This document shows, one piece after another, positions 48,332 to 57,759 of a DNA stretch of 64,000 nt. Source of the DNA: an uncultured Gemmatimonadales bacterium (lineage in GTDB: Bacteria; Gemmatimonadota; Gemmatimonadetes; Gemmatimonadales; GWC2-71-9); contig CAVSQW010000008.1 in assembly GCA_963730185.1 (NCBI GenBank), forward strand, positions 448,001-512,000, written 5' to 3'. Positions within the stretch are counted from its first letter, which is position 1. Every line of letters starts with the position of its first letter. The position numbers and the translations under genes were made by a program. The notes beneath the pieces were generated by a model that saw only the letters and a program-made list of their open reading frames with translations, searched no databases and had not been told where the DNA came from.

Positions 48332-49905
48332 GGGACGGCGCCGGGTGGCTCCGCGGCGGACCCGAAGGCCGGCTCGTCCCGGTCGTGATCGCCCTCGCGA
48401 CCGTGGGGCTTTTCCTCTGGCTTTGGGGTGGGCTCAATCCGCTGCCTTGGGTCTACGACGAATCTGCCTATCTGCTGCAGGCCCGGATCTTCGCCGGACT
48501 GCACTGGTCCGTGCCCGGGCCACCCTTGCCCGAATTCTTCGAGCAGTTTCACGTGTTCGTGACCCCTCAGCTGGTTCCCAAATATCCGCCCGGCCACGCC
48601 CTCCTGTTGGTCCCGGGCATCTGGCTGCGGGCTTCGGCGCTCGTTCCCTTGCTCGCGGGCGGTCTCACCGGCGCCTTGCTGTTCACGGTGGGCCGCCGGC
48701 TCGGTAATGCGTGGGTTGGACTGCTGGCCTGGGCCATCTGGATCACCGCGCCCGAGGTGATGCAGTTCGGTCCCACCTTCATGGCGGAGACGACCTCGAC
48801 GGCAAGTTGGGTGGTGGCGTGGACCCTGCTCGCTCGCTGGCGCGACACCAGGGGCCTGCGAACCCTGGTGGGGTTCTCGATCGCGGCCGCCGTGGCCGCC
48901 GTGATCCGTCCGGTCACGGCGATCGCGCTGTTGGCGCCGGCGGGCCTTTGGATTGGCTGGGTCGCCTGGCGGGAGCGGCGGGTTCGGCAAGTAGCGCTCG
49001 CGGTGGCCGCGGCCCTTCCCGTGCTGGCGCTGGCCCCGTGGTGGAGCCATGCCGTGAGCGGCCGCGTCGCACCGACGCCCTACAGCGAATATTCCCGGGT
49101 CTACGCTCCCTGGAACATGCCGGGCTTCACCATCGACACGAGCCCGCCGGTGCGGGGCCCAACACCCGCCCTTACCAAGTTCCGCGACCGCTTTCTCCCC
49201 ATCCACGAGGCGCATCGCCTCGGTCGGCTTCCGGTGATCCTGGCGGAGCGCCTCGAGGGAGTCGCCATCACGCTGTTCGGCCCCCGCGGCCGCCACTGGC
49301 GGTGGCTCCTCGCCGTGGCGTTCCTCATCGGCGTGATCGGAGCGTCGCCGCCGCTCCGTTTCGGCCTCATGTCCGCGGCCACCCTCGTCGTCGTGTACCT
49401 CTGGATGGCCGGCCGGCCGCTCTGGACGGTGTACTACCTCGAGGTGTTTCCGGTCCTGGCCTTGGTGTCCGCTACGGGGTGCTGGTGGGTGCTCGGCTGG
49501 GTCGAGCGGTCGTCGCTGGCGCGACGGTGGCCCGCGCCAGGGGCCTGGACCGGCGCGGCGGTACTGGCCGCCCTGGCCGCGGCCCTGCCGGGAACGGTGA
49601 CTCGCTTCCGGCACGCCCGCGCCGCTCAGGTCGATGCCCGGGCCGACCAGGCGGCGCTCCAGGCCGCCATCGATTCGATTCCCGGCCGGGCGATCGTCTT
49701 CGTCGCCAGTGGCCCGCCCGACGCGCCCTACGACAGTTTCGTGCGCAACAGCCCGGATCTCCACCGTGAGCGAGTCTGGGTGGTGGACGATCGAGGGGCC
49801 GACGATCAGCGCCTGATCGATCGGGCGCCCGATCGCGCTGCCTACCGCTACGACCCCGGCCCCCGGAGGCTGGTGTCGCTCGGGAACACGAGCGTCAGGC
49901 GGTGA
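48328..49905 (+). CDS. GT-C-fold (ArnT/PMT-like) membrane glycosyltransferase, copy 1
   Basis: N-terminal TM then DE motif (YDESAYLLQA), KYPPGH and many TMs. Confidence 0.75.
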   Translation: MRDGAGWLRGGPEGRLVPVVIALATVGLFLWLWGGLNPLPWVYDESAYLLQARIFAGLHWSVPGPPLPEFFEQFHVFVTPQLVPKYPPGHALLLVPGIWLRASALVPLLAGGLTGALLFTVGRRLGNAWVGLLAWAIWITAPEVMQFGPTFMAETTSTASWVVAWTLLARWRDTRGLRTLVGFSIAAAVAAVIRPVTAIALLAPAGLWIGWVAWRERRVRQVALAVAAALPVLALAPWWSHAVSGRVAPTPYSEYSRVYAPWNMPGFTIDTSPPVRGPTPALTKFRDRFLPIHEAHRLGRLPVILAERLEGVAITLFGPRGRHWRWLLAVAFLIGVIGASPPLRFGLMSAATLVVVYLWMAGRPLWTVYYLEVFPVLALVSATGCWWVLGWVERSSLARRWPAPGAWTGAAVLAALAAALPGTVTRFRHARAAQVDARADQAALQAAIDSIPGRAIVFVASGPPDAPYDSFVRNSPDLHRERVWVVDDRGADDQRLIDRAPDRAAYRYDPGPRRLVSLGNTSVRR

Positions 49906-51470
49906 CGGTGACGAGGCTCGTCCGGGGAAGCGAGCGGTTCCTGGCCAGCCGAGGGGCGCCGAGGGTGGCCGCGTTGGTGACGGCGGGGATCGTGTGGTGG
50001 CTCTGGGGTTCGCTCCGGCCGGAGCCCTGGGTGTACGACGAGGCGGCCTACCTGCTGCAAGCGAAGATCCTCGCCACGGGCCATTGGGCGGTTCCCGGGC
50101 CCCCGCTGCCGGAGTTCTTCGAGCAGTTTCACGTGCTGGTGACACCCCGGCTCGTGCCCAAATATCCCCCGGGGCACGCACTCCTGATGGTGCCTGGCGT
50201 CTGGCTCGGACTCCCGGCCTTGATCCCGATCCTGCTGAGCGCGATCTCCGGCGCCCTGGTCGTCGCCATCGGCCGCCGGGTGGCCTCGCCCTGGGTGGGT
50301 CTGATCGGCTGGCTGCTGTGGCTCACCGCGCCCGCGGTGCTTTACCTGCAGCCGAGCTACATGTCGCAGGTCTCCTCCACCTTCGTCTGGCTTCTGGTTT
50401 GGCTCCTCCTGGGGCGCTGGCGGGAGAGTGGCCGGACCGCGACCGTCGTCCTCTGCGCCCTGCTAGCGGCGATTGCCGTTCTCGTGCGGCCGGCCTCGGC
50501 GCTCGCCCTCGTCGTGGTCCCTGGTGTCTGGGCCGTCCGGCAGGCTCGGGTGACCGGACGGCTGCGCCAGATCGCGCTCGGGATCGCGGTGGCGGTCCCG
50601 GTGCTCGCGGTGCTTCCGTGGTGGAGCGAGGCCACGACCGGCCGTCTGTTTCCGACCCCATACAGCTACTATTCTCGCGTCTACGCTCCGTGGAACATGC
50701 CCGGCTTTACCGTGGACACGACCCCGCCGCTCCGGTCGCCGACGCCGGCCCTCCGGAAGTTCCGGGATCAATGGCTCCCCCTTCATCGGGCCCATCGCCT
50801 CGACCGGCTCGGGGCGATCGTGGTCAGGCGGCTCGCGGGGCTCGGGGTCACCTTTTTCGGCGAGCGCGGCTGGCGCTGGTGGCTGCTCGGCGCGTTCGTG
50901 ATCGGCGCCGTCGTCGCGCCGCCGGCCCTTCGCCTGGCACTGCTGGCCGTCGCCCTTCTCTTTGTGGGGTACCTGTCGATCGCAGCCCGCTGGCTTTGGA
51001 CCGTGTACTACCTCGAGGGGTTTCCGGTGATCGCTCTGGTGACGGCGGTCGGGGTGGTCCGCCTGGCCGACCTGGCGGCCGCCCCCCTCCGCCGGATGGG
51101 CGGACGGGTCCGCCCAACCTCCGAGACAGTCCTGATCGGGGGATTGCTATTGGCCGTGCCCGGCACCGTCGATCGGCTGGTCCGGGCCCATGAGCAGCAG
51201 ATCGATCTCCGGCTGGTCCAGAGCGACCTGACCCGGGCGATCGACGGCATCCCCGGGCGGGCCGTGATCTTCGTGGCGACCGGCCCGTCCCACCGGCCCT
51301 ACGAGAGTTACACGAGGAACAGCCCCGACCCGGCGAACACCCGAGTGTGGGTGGTCGAGGATCGGGGGGCCGACAACCGGCGCCTGCTCGAGCTCGCTCC
51401 GGACCGACGGCCGTATCGGTTCGACCCCGGGAACGGCAGCCTCACCCCGTGGCATCCGCCTCCGCCATGA
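49902..51470 (+). CDS. GT-C-fold membrane glycosyltransferase, copy 2 (tandem paralog)
   Basis: YDEAAYLLQA, VPGPPLPEFFEQFHV and YSRVYAPWNMPGFT are shared with copy 1. Confidence 0.75.
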   Translation: MTVTRLVRGSERFLASRGAPRVAALVTAGIVWWLWGSLRPEPWVYDEAAYLLQAKILATGHWAVPGPPLPEFFEQFHVLVTPRLVPKYPPGHALLMVPGVWLGLPALIPILLSAISGALVVAIGRRVASPWVGLIGWLLWLTAPAVLYLQPSYMSQVSSTFVWLLVWLLLGRWRESGRTATVVLCALLAAIAVLVRPASALALVVVPGVWAVRQARVTGRLRQIALGIAVAVPVLAVLPWWSEATTGRLFPTPYSYYSRVYAPWNMPGFTVDTTPPLRSPTPALRKFRDQWLPLHRAHRLDRLGAIVVRRLAGLGVTFFGERGWRWWLLGAFVIGAVVAPPALRLALLAVALLFVGYLSIAARWLWTVYYLEGFPVIALVTAVGVVRLADLAAAPLRRMGGRVRPTSETVLIGGLLLAVPGTVDRLVRAHEQQIDLRLVQSDLTRAIDGIPGRAVIFVATGPSHRPYESYTRNSPDPANTRVWVVEDRGADNRRLLELAPDRRPYRFDPGNGSLTPWHPPPP

Positions 51471-52489
51471 GCATTCCGATCCCGGCCGAGCTCGAGAGGG
51501 CCGACCTCCCTGAAATCGCCGTCGAGGCGGTGCCCGAGTGTCCGCTCTGCGGCGCGGTTCGGAGCGAGCCCTTCGCGGAGGGATTCGACTACGAGCTGTT
51601 GACCTGCCGCAACCGGTGGACGTTCGCCCGCTGTCTCGACTGCGACCACGTGTGGCTCGACCCGCGGCCCGCGATCACGGCGCTCGGCACGATCTACCCG
51701 CCGACCTACTACGCCTACGACTACGCCCGACGGATCCACCCGATCGCGGTCCGGGCCAAGCGCTGGCTCGACGATCGCAAGCTGGCGGCCATCCGGGCCC
51801 GGCTCGGGCGGCCGGCGACCAGCTACCTCGACGTCGGGTGTGGCGACGGTCGCTTCCTCCGAGCGATGGAGCGGACCGGCGTTCCCCGCGACCGCCTGTT
51901 CGGCCTGGAGCTCGATCCCACCGTCGTGAACGGGCTGGCGAGCGCCGGGTATCGGGTCGAGTGTGCCCGAGTCGAGGACGCCACCCTCGTCGGCGATAGG
52001 ACGATCGACCTGATCACTATGTTCCACGTGGTGGAGCACGTGGACCGGCCTCTCGCCGTGGTCAAGAAGCTGGCGCGGTGGCTCGCCCCGGGCGGCCTCT
52101 TGGCCCTGGAAACCCCGAATCGCGACAGCCTGGATGCTCGGCTGTTCCGGCGAACCTATTGGGGCGGCTACCACATCCCACGTCACTGGAGTCTGTTCAC
52201 CACCGAGGGGGTCGAAACGCTGCTCCGAGAATCGGGCCTCGAGCCGGTCGGGGTGCGCTATCAGACCGGTCATTCGTTCTGGCTCTACTCCCTGCATCAT
52301 GCCTTGCGATACCGCCTGCGGATGCCCCGGCTCGCCAAGTGGTTCGACCCGGTCGGGACACTGGGGCCCCTCGCCGTGGTCACCGCCTGGGACAAGCTTC
52401 GTGCCGCCATGCACTTCCGGACCTCTGCCGTGCTGGTCCTCGGCCGCCGTCCCGCAGACGAACGGGAGGGGCATGGTAGTTGCCCGTGA
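51467..52489 (+). CDS. SAM-dependent methyltransferase with N-terminal Zn-ribbon
   Basis: CPLC...CLDC; YLDVGCGDG; MFHVVEH; ETPN; PRH. Confidence 0.85.
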   Translation: MSIPIPAELERADLPEIAVEAVPECPLCGAVRSEPFAEGFDYELLTCRNRWTFARCLDCDHVWLDPRPAITALGTIYPPTYYAYDYARRIHPIAVRAKRWLDDRKLAAIRARLGRPATSYLDVGCGDGRFLRAMERTGVPRDRLFGLELDPTVVNGLASAGYRVECARVEDATLVGDRTIDLITMFHVVEHVDRPLAVVKKLARWLAPGGLLALETPNRDSLDARLFRRTYWGGYHIPRHWSLFTTEGVETLLRESGLEPVGVRYQTGHSFWLYSLHHALRYRLRMPRLAKWFDPVGTLGPLAVVTAWDKLRAAMHFRTSAVLVLGRRPADEREGHGSCP

Positions 52490-52497
52490 GAGGTCAC

Positions 52498-53538
52498 ATG
52501 CCCCCCGCGTTGGAAACCCGTTCGGCGCCGGCCGACTCGGTGCCGGTCGGTCCGCTCGATCCCGAGCGTGACCCGTACCGGGCCTTTCGGCAGGTGCTTC
52601 TCAGTCCTGACCGAGTTCGGGAGCTGAGCCAGCTCCGGCCCGGACGGGTCGTGCTCGACACGCTCAAGGGGTGGGTCGTGATCGTGGCCGGGTGGGCACT
52701 GGTTGCCTGGCGGCGCGAGTGGTGGGCCGTTGCCCTCGCGATCCCGGCGATCGGCTCGGCCTACTATGGGCTCTTCATCATCGGTCACGACGGCATGCAC
52801 CGCCGGCTGTTCCGGCGCCGCTGGCTGAACGATCTGTGGAACGATCTGCTGTGCCAAGGCCCGATCGGCGCGATCACGCACGTCAACAACCGGAACCACC
52901 TCCGTCACCATCAACATCTGGCGACCGCCGCCGACCCCGATCGTCACAAACACACCTGTTTCGGCAAGGCCGAGCATGGAGAGCTGGTCGGATTCCTGTC
53001 CGGCCTCGTCGGCCTGGTGAAGACGGCGGTCCACGTGTTCCGTCCCAATGACCATCCCGTCGAGCGAGCCGCCGAGGAATCGTCGGACGGGTATTCGCCT
53101 CGCGACGTGGTCGTCGGCCTCGGGGTCCAGGCGAGCCTGGCGACCGGTCTCACGCTGGTCATCGGGTGGTGGGCCTACCCCGTGCTCTGGCTCCTGCCGC
53201 TCTATCTCTTCACCTATCTGGCGGACAACTTCCGATCGTTCGCCGAGCACTCCCATCCGGAATCCGACCGGAGGGCCGACTCGCATCGCCTGATCACCTT
53301 CCTCAGCAACCCGATCGAGCGCTGGTTCGTCGCCCCGAACAACATGAACTATCACGCGGTCCACCACCTCTGGCCGTCGATTCCGTACTACAACCTCCCC
53401 GGGGCCGATCAAGCGATTCGCCGGCACGCCGATGCGGTGGGGCTGGAATGGCGGTCGAGCTACGTCGGCTATCTGGCTCGATACTGGCGTGCCCAGCCGC
53501 TCCAGGAGTGTCGCCACGGGGCCGAACCCCAGGCTTGA
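52498..53538 (+). CDS. Membrane fatty acid desaturase/hydroxylase family protein
   Basis: His boxes HDGMH, HLRHHQH and YHAVHH, plus AEH. Confidence 0.88.
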   Translation: MPPALETRSAPADSVPVGPLDPERDPYRAFRQVLLSPDRVRELSQLRPGRVVLDTLKGWVVIVAGWALVAWRREWWAVALAIPAIGSAYYGLFIIGHDGMHRRLFRRRWLNDLWNDLLCQGPIGAITHVNNRNHLRHHQHLATAADPDRHKHTCFGKAEHGELVGFLSGLVGLVKTAVHVFRPNDHPVERAAEESSDGYSPRDVVVGLGVQASLATGLTLVIGWWAYPVLWLLPLYLFTYLADNFRSFAEHSHPESDRRADSHRLITFLSNPIERWFVAPNNMNYHAVHHLWPSIPYYNLPGADQAIRRHADAVGLEWRSSYVGYLARYWRAQPLQECRHGAEPQA

Positions 53539-53551
53539 CGCCCGGCCATTA

Positions 53552-53582
53552 CCCTGAAATATTCAGGTATAACATTTCAGGG
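53552..53582. promoter_or_regulatory. Candidate PadR autoregulatory operator
   Basis: CCCTGAAAT(53552-60) pairs with ATTTCAGGG(53574-82); nested CCTGAA-ATA-TTCAGG; AT-rich, just upstream of padR and downstream of TTGACG. Confidence 0.6.
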
Positions 53583-53589
53583 GAGTTCC

Positions 53590-53925
53590 ATGGCCCGCGC
53601 CGCGCTCGACCTCCTCCAAGGCACCCTCGACATCCTCGTCCTCAAGGCCCTCTCCTGGGGACCGCGTCACGGCTACGGGGTGGCCAGCTGGATCAGGGCG
53701 ACCACGGAGGACGACCTGAACATCGAGGACGGCGCCCTCTACACGGCCCTTCACCGGCTGGAGCAGCGCGGGCTGCTGGAGGCCGACTGGGGCGTCACCG
53801 AGAACAACCGGCGGGCCAAGTTCTATCAGCTGACGGAGGCGGGCCGCCGGGAGCTCAAGGCCTCACGGTCCCGCTGGTCGGTCTACGCCGGCGCGGTCTT
53901 CCGGGTGCTCGACGCGAGGGCGTGA
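53590..53925 (+). CDS. PadR-family regulator (type associated with ADOP permeases)
   Basis: LLQGTLDILVLKAL, HGYGVA, GALYTALHRLE and WGVTENNRRAKFYQLT. Confidence 0.92.
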   Translation: MARAALDLLQGTLDILVLKALSWGPRHGYGVASWIRATTEDDLNIEDGALYTALHRLEQRGLLEADWGVTENNRRAKFYQLTEAGRRELKASRSRWSVYAGAVFRVLDARA

Positions 53926-53927
53926 GG

Positions 53928-56636
53928 ATGCCGATTCGGGGTTTCCGAAGCCTGTTCCGCCTGGTCGGGCGGGCGCCGTCGCCGGCGGACGACGTGGATG
54001 CCGAGCTTCGGTTCCACTTCGAGGCGCAGGCCGAGGAGCTGATGGCGGGCGGGCTCTCCCGCGAGGCCGCCCGGGCCTTGGCCGAGCGTCGCTTCGGCGA
54101 TCGGGGGGCGTACCGGGCGGCGTTGGTCCGGCTGGGCCGGCGGGGCGCGCGGCGCCGGAGCCGGCGTGACCGGCTCGCTGGGGTCGCTCAGGATCTTCGG
54201 CAGTCGATCCGGAGTTTGACCCGGGCGCCGGCGTTCGTGGTGGGCGTGGCCCTCACCCTGGCGCTCGGCATCGGGGTCAACACGACCATGGTGGGACTGG
54301 TCGACGAACTGCTCTTCCGTCCGCCGGCGCACGTCGTCGATCCGAATCGGGTGGTCCGGTACGTCCTGACCGAGACGGACGACAACGGCACCAGCTACTC
54401 GAACACCGGGGTGACCTGGTACGAATATCGGATGCTGGCCGACGAGTCGCACACGCTCTCGACGGTGGCGGCGTACTTTCCCGGCAGCGTAAGCCTGGGA
54501 CGCGGTGAAACCGCCCGCCAGCTCACGGTGGCGGCGGCCACGCCGACCTTCTTCCCGCTGCTCGGCGTGCACCCGGCGCTCGGGCGGTTCTTCGGAGCGG
54601 CCGAGGACCCGCTCGACGGCGGATCGACGGTGGCGGTGATCAGCGATCGGCTCTGGGATCGCGATTTCGGCCGCGGCGAGGTGTTGGGTCGCACTCTCGA
54701 GCTCGGCCGGCACACCTACACCGTCATCGGCGTGGCGCCGCCGCACTTCAACGGCGTCGATCTCGACGCGATCGACGCGTGGCTCCCGTTCCAGACCGGG
54801 GCGCAGGAATTCGTCGGCACCAGCGGCGGTTGGCGGGAGACGTGGGATTGGCAATGGCTCCGGATCGTGGGTCGACTGGCCCCCGGCGTGACCCGAGCGC
54901 AGGCGGCGGCCGAAGCCACGGTGCTCTATCGGGCCCACACCGCCGACGTGGCGGATCGGAAGAACGACCGCGGGGCGGTGTCGCTGCCGTCGATCCTGGC
55001 CAGCCAGGGAGAGAACGCGTCGCGGGCCGCCCGGGTGGCCGCCTTGTTGGCCGCGGTGTCGGTGCTCGTGCTGCTGATCACCTGCGCCAACGTGGCGAAT
55101 CTGCTTCTGGCCCGCGGGCTGGCCCGCCGCCGGGAGACCGCAGTCCGGTTGGCCCTCGGCGTCGGGCGCCGCCGCCTGGTGGGGTCGCTGCTGTTTGAGA
55201 GCGGGATACTGACCCTGTTCGGGACGGTCGGGGGTGTGGCGCTGGCGGTCGCGGGCGGCCTGGTCGTGCGTCGCTGGCTCCTCCCCGACATCGACTTCGT
55301 GACCCCGCCGGTCGACGGCCGGCTCCTGCTCCTGACCGCGGGACTGGCGCTGCTGACGGCGACGCTCATCGGGCTGGTCCCGGCCCTCCGGACCACGCGG
55401 CCGGACGTCGCCCGCGAGCTTACGGCGGCCGGCGCGGGCGCGGGCGTGGCCCACCGTCACGCCCGGCTCCGCAACGGCCTGCTCGGGGTTCAGGGCGTGC
55501 TCTCGTTCGTCCTCCTGTTCGGCGCCGGGCTCTTTACCCGGAGCCTGCAGCGGATCGCCACCCTCGATCTGGGCTTTCGGCCATCGGGGCTGCTGGTGGC
55601 CGACGTCGATCTCTCCGTGCTCGGACTGAACCGGGAGCAGCGGATCGCCTTCTACGACGAGGCCTATCATCGCCTCCAACAGGTTCCGGGAATCGAGAGC
55701 GTGAGTCTGGGGTCGACCAATCCGTTCCGGAGCCGCTACACCGTGCAGGTGCGGTTGCCGGACCGGGACAGTCTGCCCCGGCTCGGCTCCGGTCGGCCTC
55801 GGGTCTCGGTGGTGACGCCGGAGTACTTCCGAACCATGGGGATCGACCGGCTCCGGGGTCGAGCTTTCACTCCCGACGACCGCTTGGGCTCGAAGTGGGT
55901 GGTGGTGGTGAACCAGACGATGGCTCACACCCTCTGGCCGGGGCGCGATCCGATCGGCCAGTGCATCATCGTGACGAAGGACGTCCCCGACTGCCGCGAG
56001 GTGGTCGGTGTCGTGGCGGACGCGAACAGCGAATCGCTGGAAGAGCCCCCGACGATGGCCTACTTCGTCCCCCACGCCCAGCCGACCGGACTCACCGGCG
56101 ATCGTGATCTCTTCATCCGGGTGGCTGGGTCGGCGCCTGCGATGATCGAGCCGATCCGCCAACTGATGCAGACGCTCCGGCCGGGGCTGCCCTACGCCTC
56201 CGTGCATCTCTTGTCCGACCAGATGGAGCCGCTGGTCCGTCCGTGGCGCCTCGGCGCCGCCTTGTTCGGGGTGATGGGCGCGGTCGCGCTGCTGGTCGTG
56301 CTGGTGGGGATCTACAGCGTGCTGTCCTACACGGTGGCCCAGCGGGTCAGGGAATTCGGCATCCGGACCGCCCTCGGCGCGAGTCAGGGGGACATCGTCC
56401 GGTCGGTGGTGGGGCAGGGACAGCGAGTCGTGGCGCTCAGCGTCGCCATCGGGCTCGGCCTGGCATTCCTGCTTGGCCGGCTGCTGGAGCCGATGCTGTT
56501 CCACACCTCGTGGCGGGATCCGCTCGTCATCGTCGGTGGGGTCGTCGTCGTGGCGGTCACCACCTTGATCGCCAGCGTCGTTCCCGCCGTCCGCGCCGGG
56601 GGAGTGGCGCCGCTGGAGGCGATGCGGGCGGACTGA
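53928..56636 (+). CDS. ADOP-family ABC permease with N-terminal permease-prefix domain
   Basis: DVDAELRFHFE...EAARALAERRFGD prefix; LITCANVANLLLAR; REFGIRTALGA. Confidence 0.9.
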   Translation: MPIRGFRSLFRLVGRAPSPADDVDAELRFHFEAQAEELMAGGLSREAARALAERRFGDRGAYRAALVRLGRRGARRRSRRDRLAGVAQDLRQSIRSLTRAPAFVVGVALTLALGIGVNTTMVGLVDELLFRPPAHVVDPNRVVRYVLTETDDNGTSYSNTGVTWYEYRMLADESHTLSTVAAYFPGSVSLGRGETARQLTVAAATPTFFPLLGVHPALGRFFGAAEDPLDGGSTVAVISDRLWDRDFGRGEVLGRTLELGRHTYTVIGVAPPHFNGVDLDAIDAWLPFQTGAQEFVGTSGGWRETWDWQWLRIVGRLAPGVTRAQAAAEATVLYRAHTADVADRKNDRGAVSLPSILASQGENASRAARVAALLAAVSVLVLLITCANVANLLLARGLARRRETAVRLALGVGRRRLVGSLLFESGILTLFGTVGGVALAVAGGLVVRRWLLPDIDFVTPPVDGRLLLLTAGLALLTATLIGLVPALRTTRPDVARELTAAGAGAGVAHRHARLRNGLLGVQGVLSFVLLFGAGLFTRSLQRIATLDLGFRPSGLLVADVDLSVLGLNREQRIAFYDEAYHRLQQVPGIESVSLGSTNPFRSRYTVQVRLPDRDSLPRLGSGRPRVSVVTPEYFRTMGIDRLRGRAFTPDDRLGSKWVVVVNQTMAHTLWPGRDPIGQCIIVTKDVPDCREVVGVVADANSESLEEPPTMAYFVPHAQPTGLTGDRDLFIRVAGSAPAMIEPIRQLMQTLRPGLPYASVHLLSDQMEPLVRPWRLGAALFGVMGAVALLVVLVGIYSVLSYTVAQRVREFGIRTALGASQGDIVRSVVGQGQRVVALSVAIGLGLAFLLGRLLEPMLFHTSWRDPLVIVGGVVVVAVTTLIASVVPAVRAGGVAPLEAMRAD

Positions 56637-56654
56637 CCGGTCGCCCCAGGCCGT

Positions 56655-57758
56655 TCAACCGCCGGGCCGGATCAGCGCCTTGAGCACCTCCTGGCGCTCG
56701 ACCGCCGCCAGCGCCTCGCCGGCCCGGTCCAGGTCGTACTCCGCCGATACCATCTCGCGCCAGGGAACCTGGTCCTGGTGGCGCGCCGCCAGGCCGACCG
56801 CCCGGTGGAAGTGGGAGTAGTCGGATCCCCAGCAGCCCCGCAGGTCGACGTGCTTCCGGTTGATCTGGGTGTGGGGATTGATCGCCACGCTGCCGTGATC
56901 GGTGTACTGACCCACGACCACCACCCGACCGCCGTCGCGCACCAGGTCGAGCGCCTGGGCCACCGCCTGGGGGCGGCCGGCGGCCTCGATCACCACGTCG
57001 ACGCCGCGGCCTTGGGTGAGGGACCGGACCTCGGCCCACCGCTCCTCGTGGGGCCGGTCCAGGCCGATCGTGTGGGTGGCGCCCATCCGCCGGGCGAAGT
57101 CGAGCCGGGATGCCGGCGCGCCGATCGCGACGATGGTTCCGGCCCCGGAGAGCTTGGCCAGCGCGAGGGATGACTGGCCCACTGGGCCGACGCCCAGTAC
57201 CGCGACGGACTGCTCCAGCCGGATCTCGGCCCGGTCGAGGGCGTGGACCGCGGTGGTGAGCCCACAGCCGCCGGCGATGAAGGTCTGCGGGGCGAGGCCG
57301 GCCGGAAGCGGGATCATCTTGACGCCCGGCTTCATCCAGATCCGCTCCGACCAGCCGCCGAGGAGCCCGTCCCGGGCGCCGTAGGTGATGCCGTAGACCT
57401 TCCGGCTCGGACACCGGGTCGTCTGCTTGGCGACCAGGCACTGGTAGCAGGCATTGCAGGTTTCGTGGACGTCGAGGAAGGTCACGACATCGCCTTCCTC
57501 GAGCGGCACGCCTTCCACGCTGGTGACCTGGCCTCGAATCGCCACCAGCCGGCCGACCGACACGTGCCCCGGGATCAGCGGGTAGGGCACACCCGAGAGA
57601 CGGCCGTGGTGGAGATGGACGTCGGTGCCGCAGACCTCGGAGTAAAGGGTCTCGAGCAGGGCGCTCCCCGGTGCCAGCTCCGGCAGAGGATACCGCTCCA
57701 CCTGGACCGGTCGGTCCGGGGCGGGGAAGATGGCGGCCCTCGATTCGATCGATGGCAT
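56655..57758 (-). CDS. Zn-dependent medium-chain alcohol dehydrogenase
   Basis: CGTDVH, GH, CNACYQC...C structural Zn motif and GVGPVG. Confidence 0.9.
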   Translation of the reverse strand: MPSIESRAAIFPAPDRPVQVERYPLPELAPGSALLETLYSEVCGTDVHLHHGRLSGVPYPLIPGHVSVGRLVAIRGQVTSVEGVPLEEGDVVTFLDVHETCNACYQCLVAKQTTRCPSRKVYGITYGARDGLLGGWSERIWMKPGVKMIPLPAGLAPQTFIAGGCGLTTAVHALDRAEIRLEQSVAVLGVGPVGQSSLALAKLSGAGTIVAIGAPASRLDFARRMGATHTIGLDRPHEERWAEVRSLTQGRGVDVVIEAAGRPQAVAQALDLVRDGGRVVVVGQYTDHGSVAINPHTQINRKHVDLRGCWGSDYSHFHRAVGLAARHQDQVPWREMVSAEYDLDRAGEALAAVERQEVLKALIRPGG

Positions 57759-57759
57759 G

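Noticed and set aside
53166..53927. N-terminal extension of the 1156-aa ORF suggesting a fusion with the ADOP permease
   Set aside because: It overlaps the desaturase and padR in other frames. The plausible start is the ATG at 53928.
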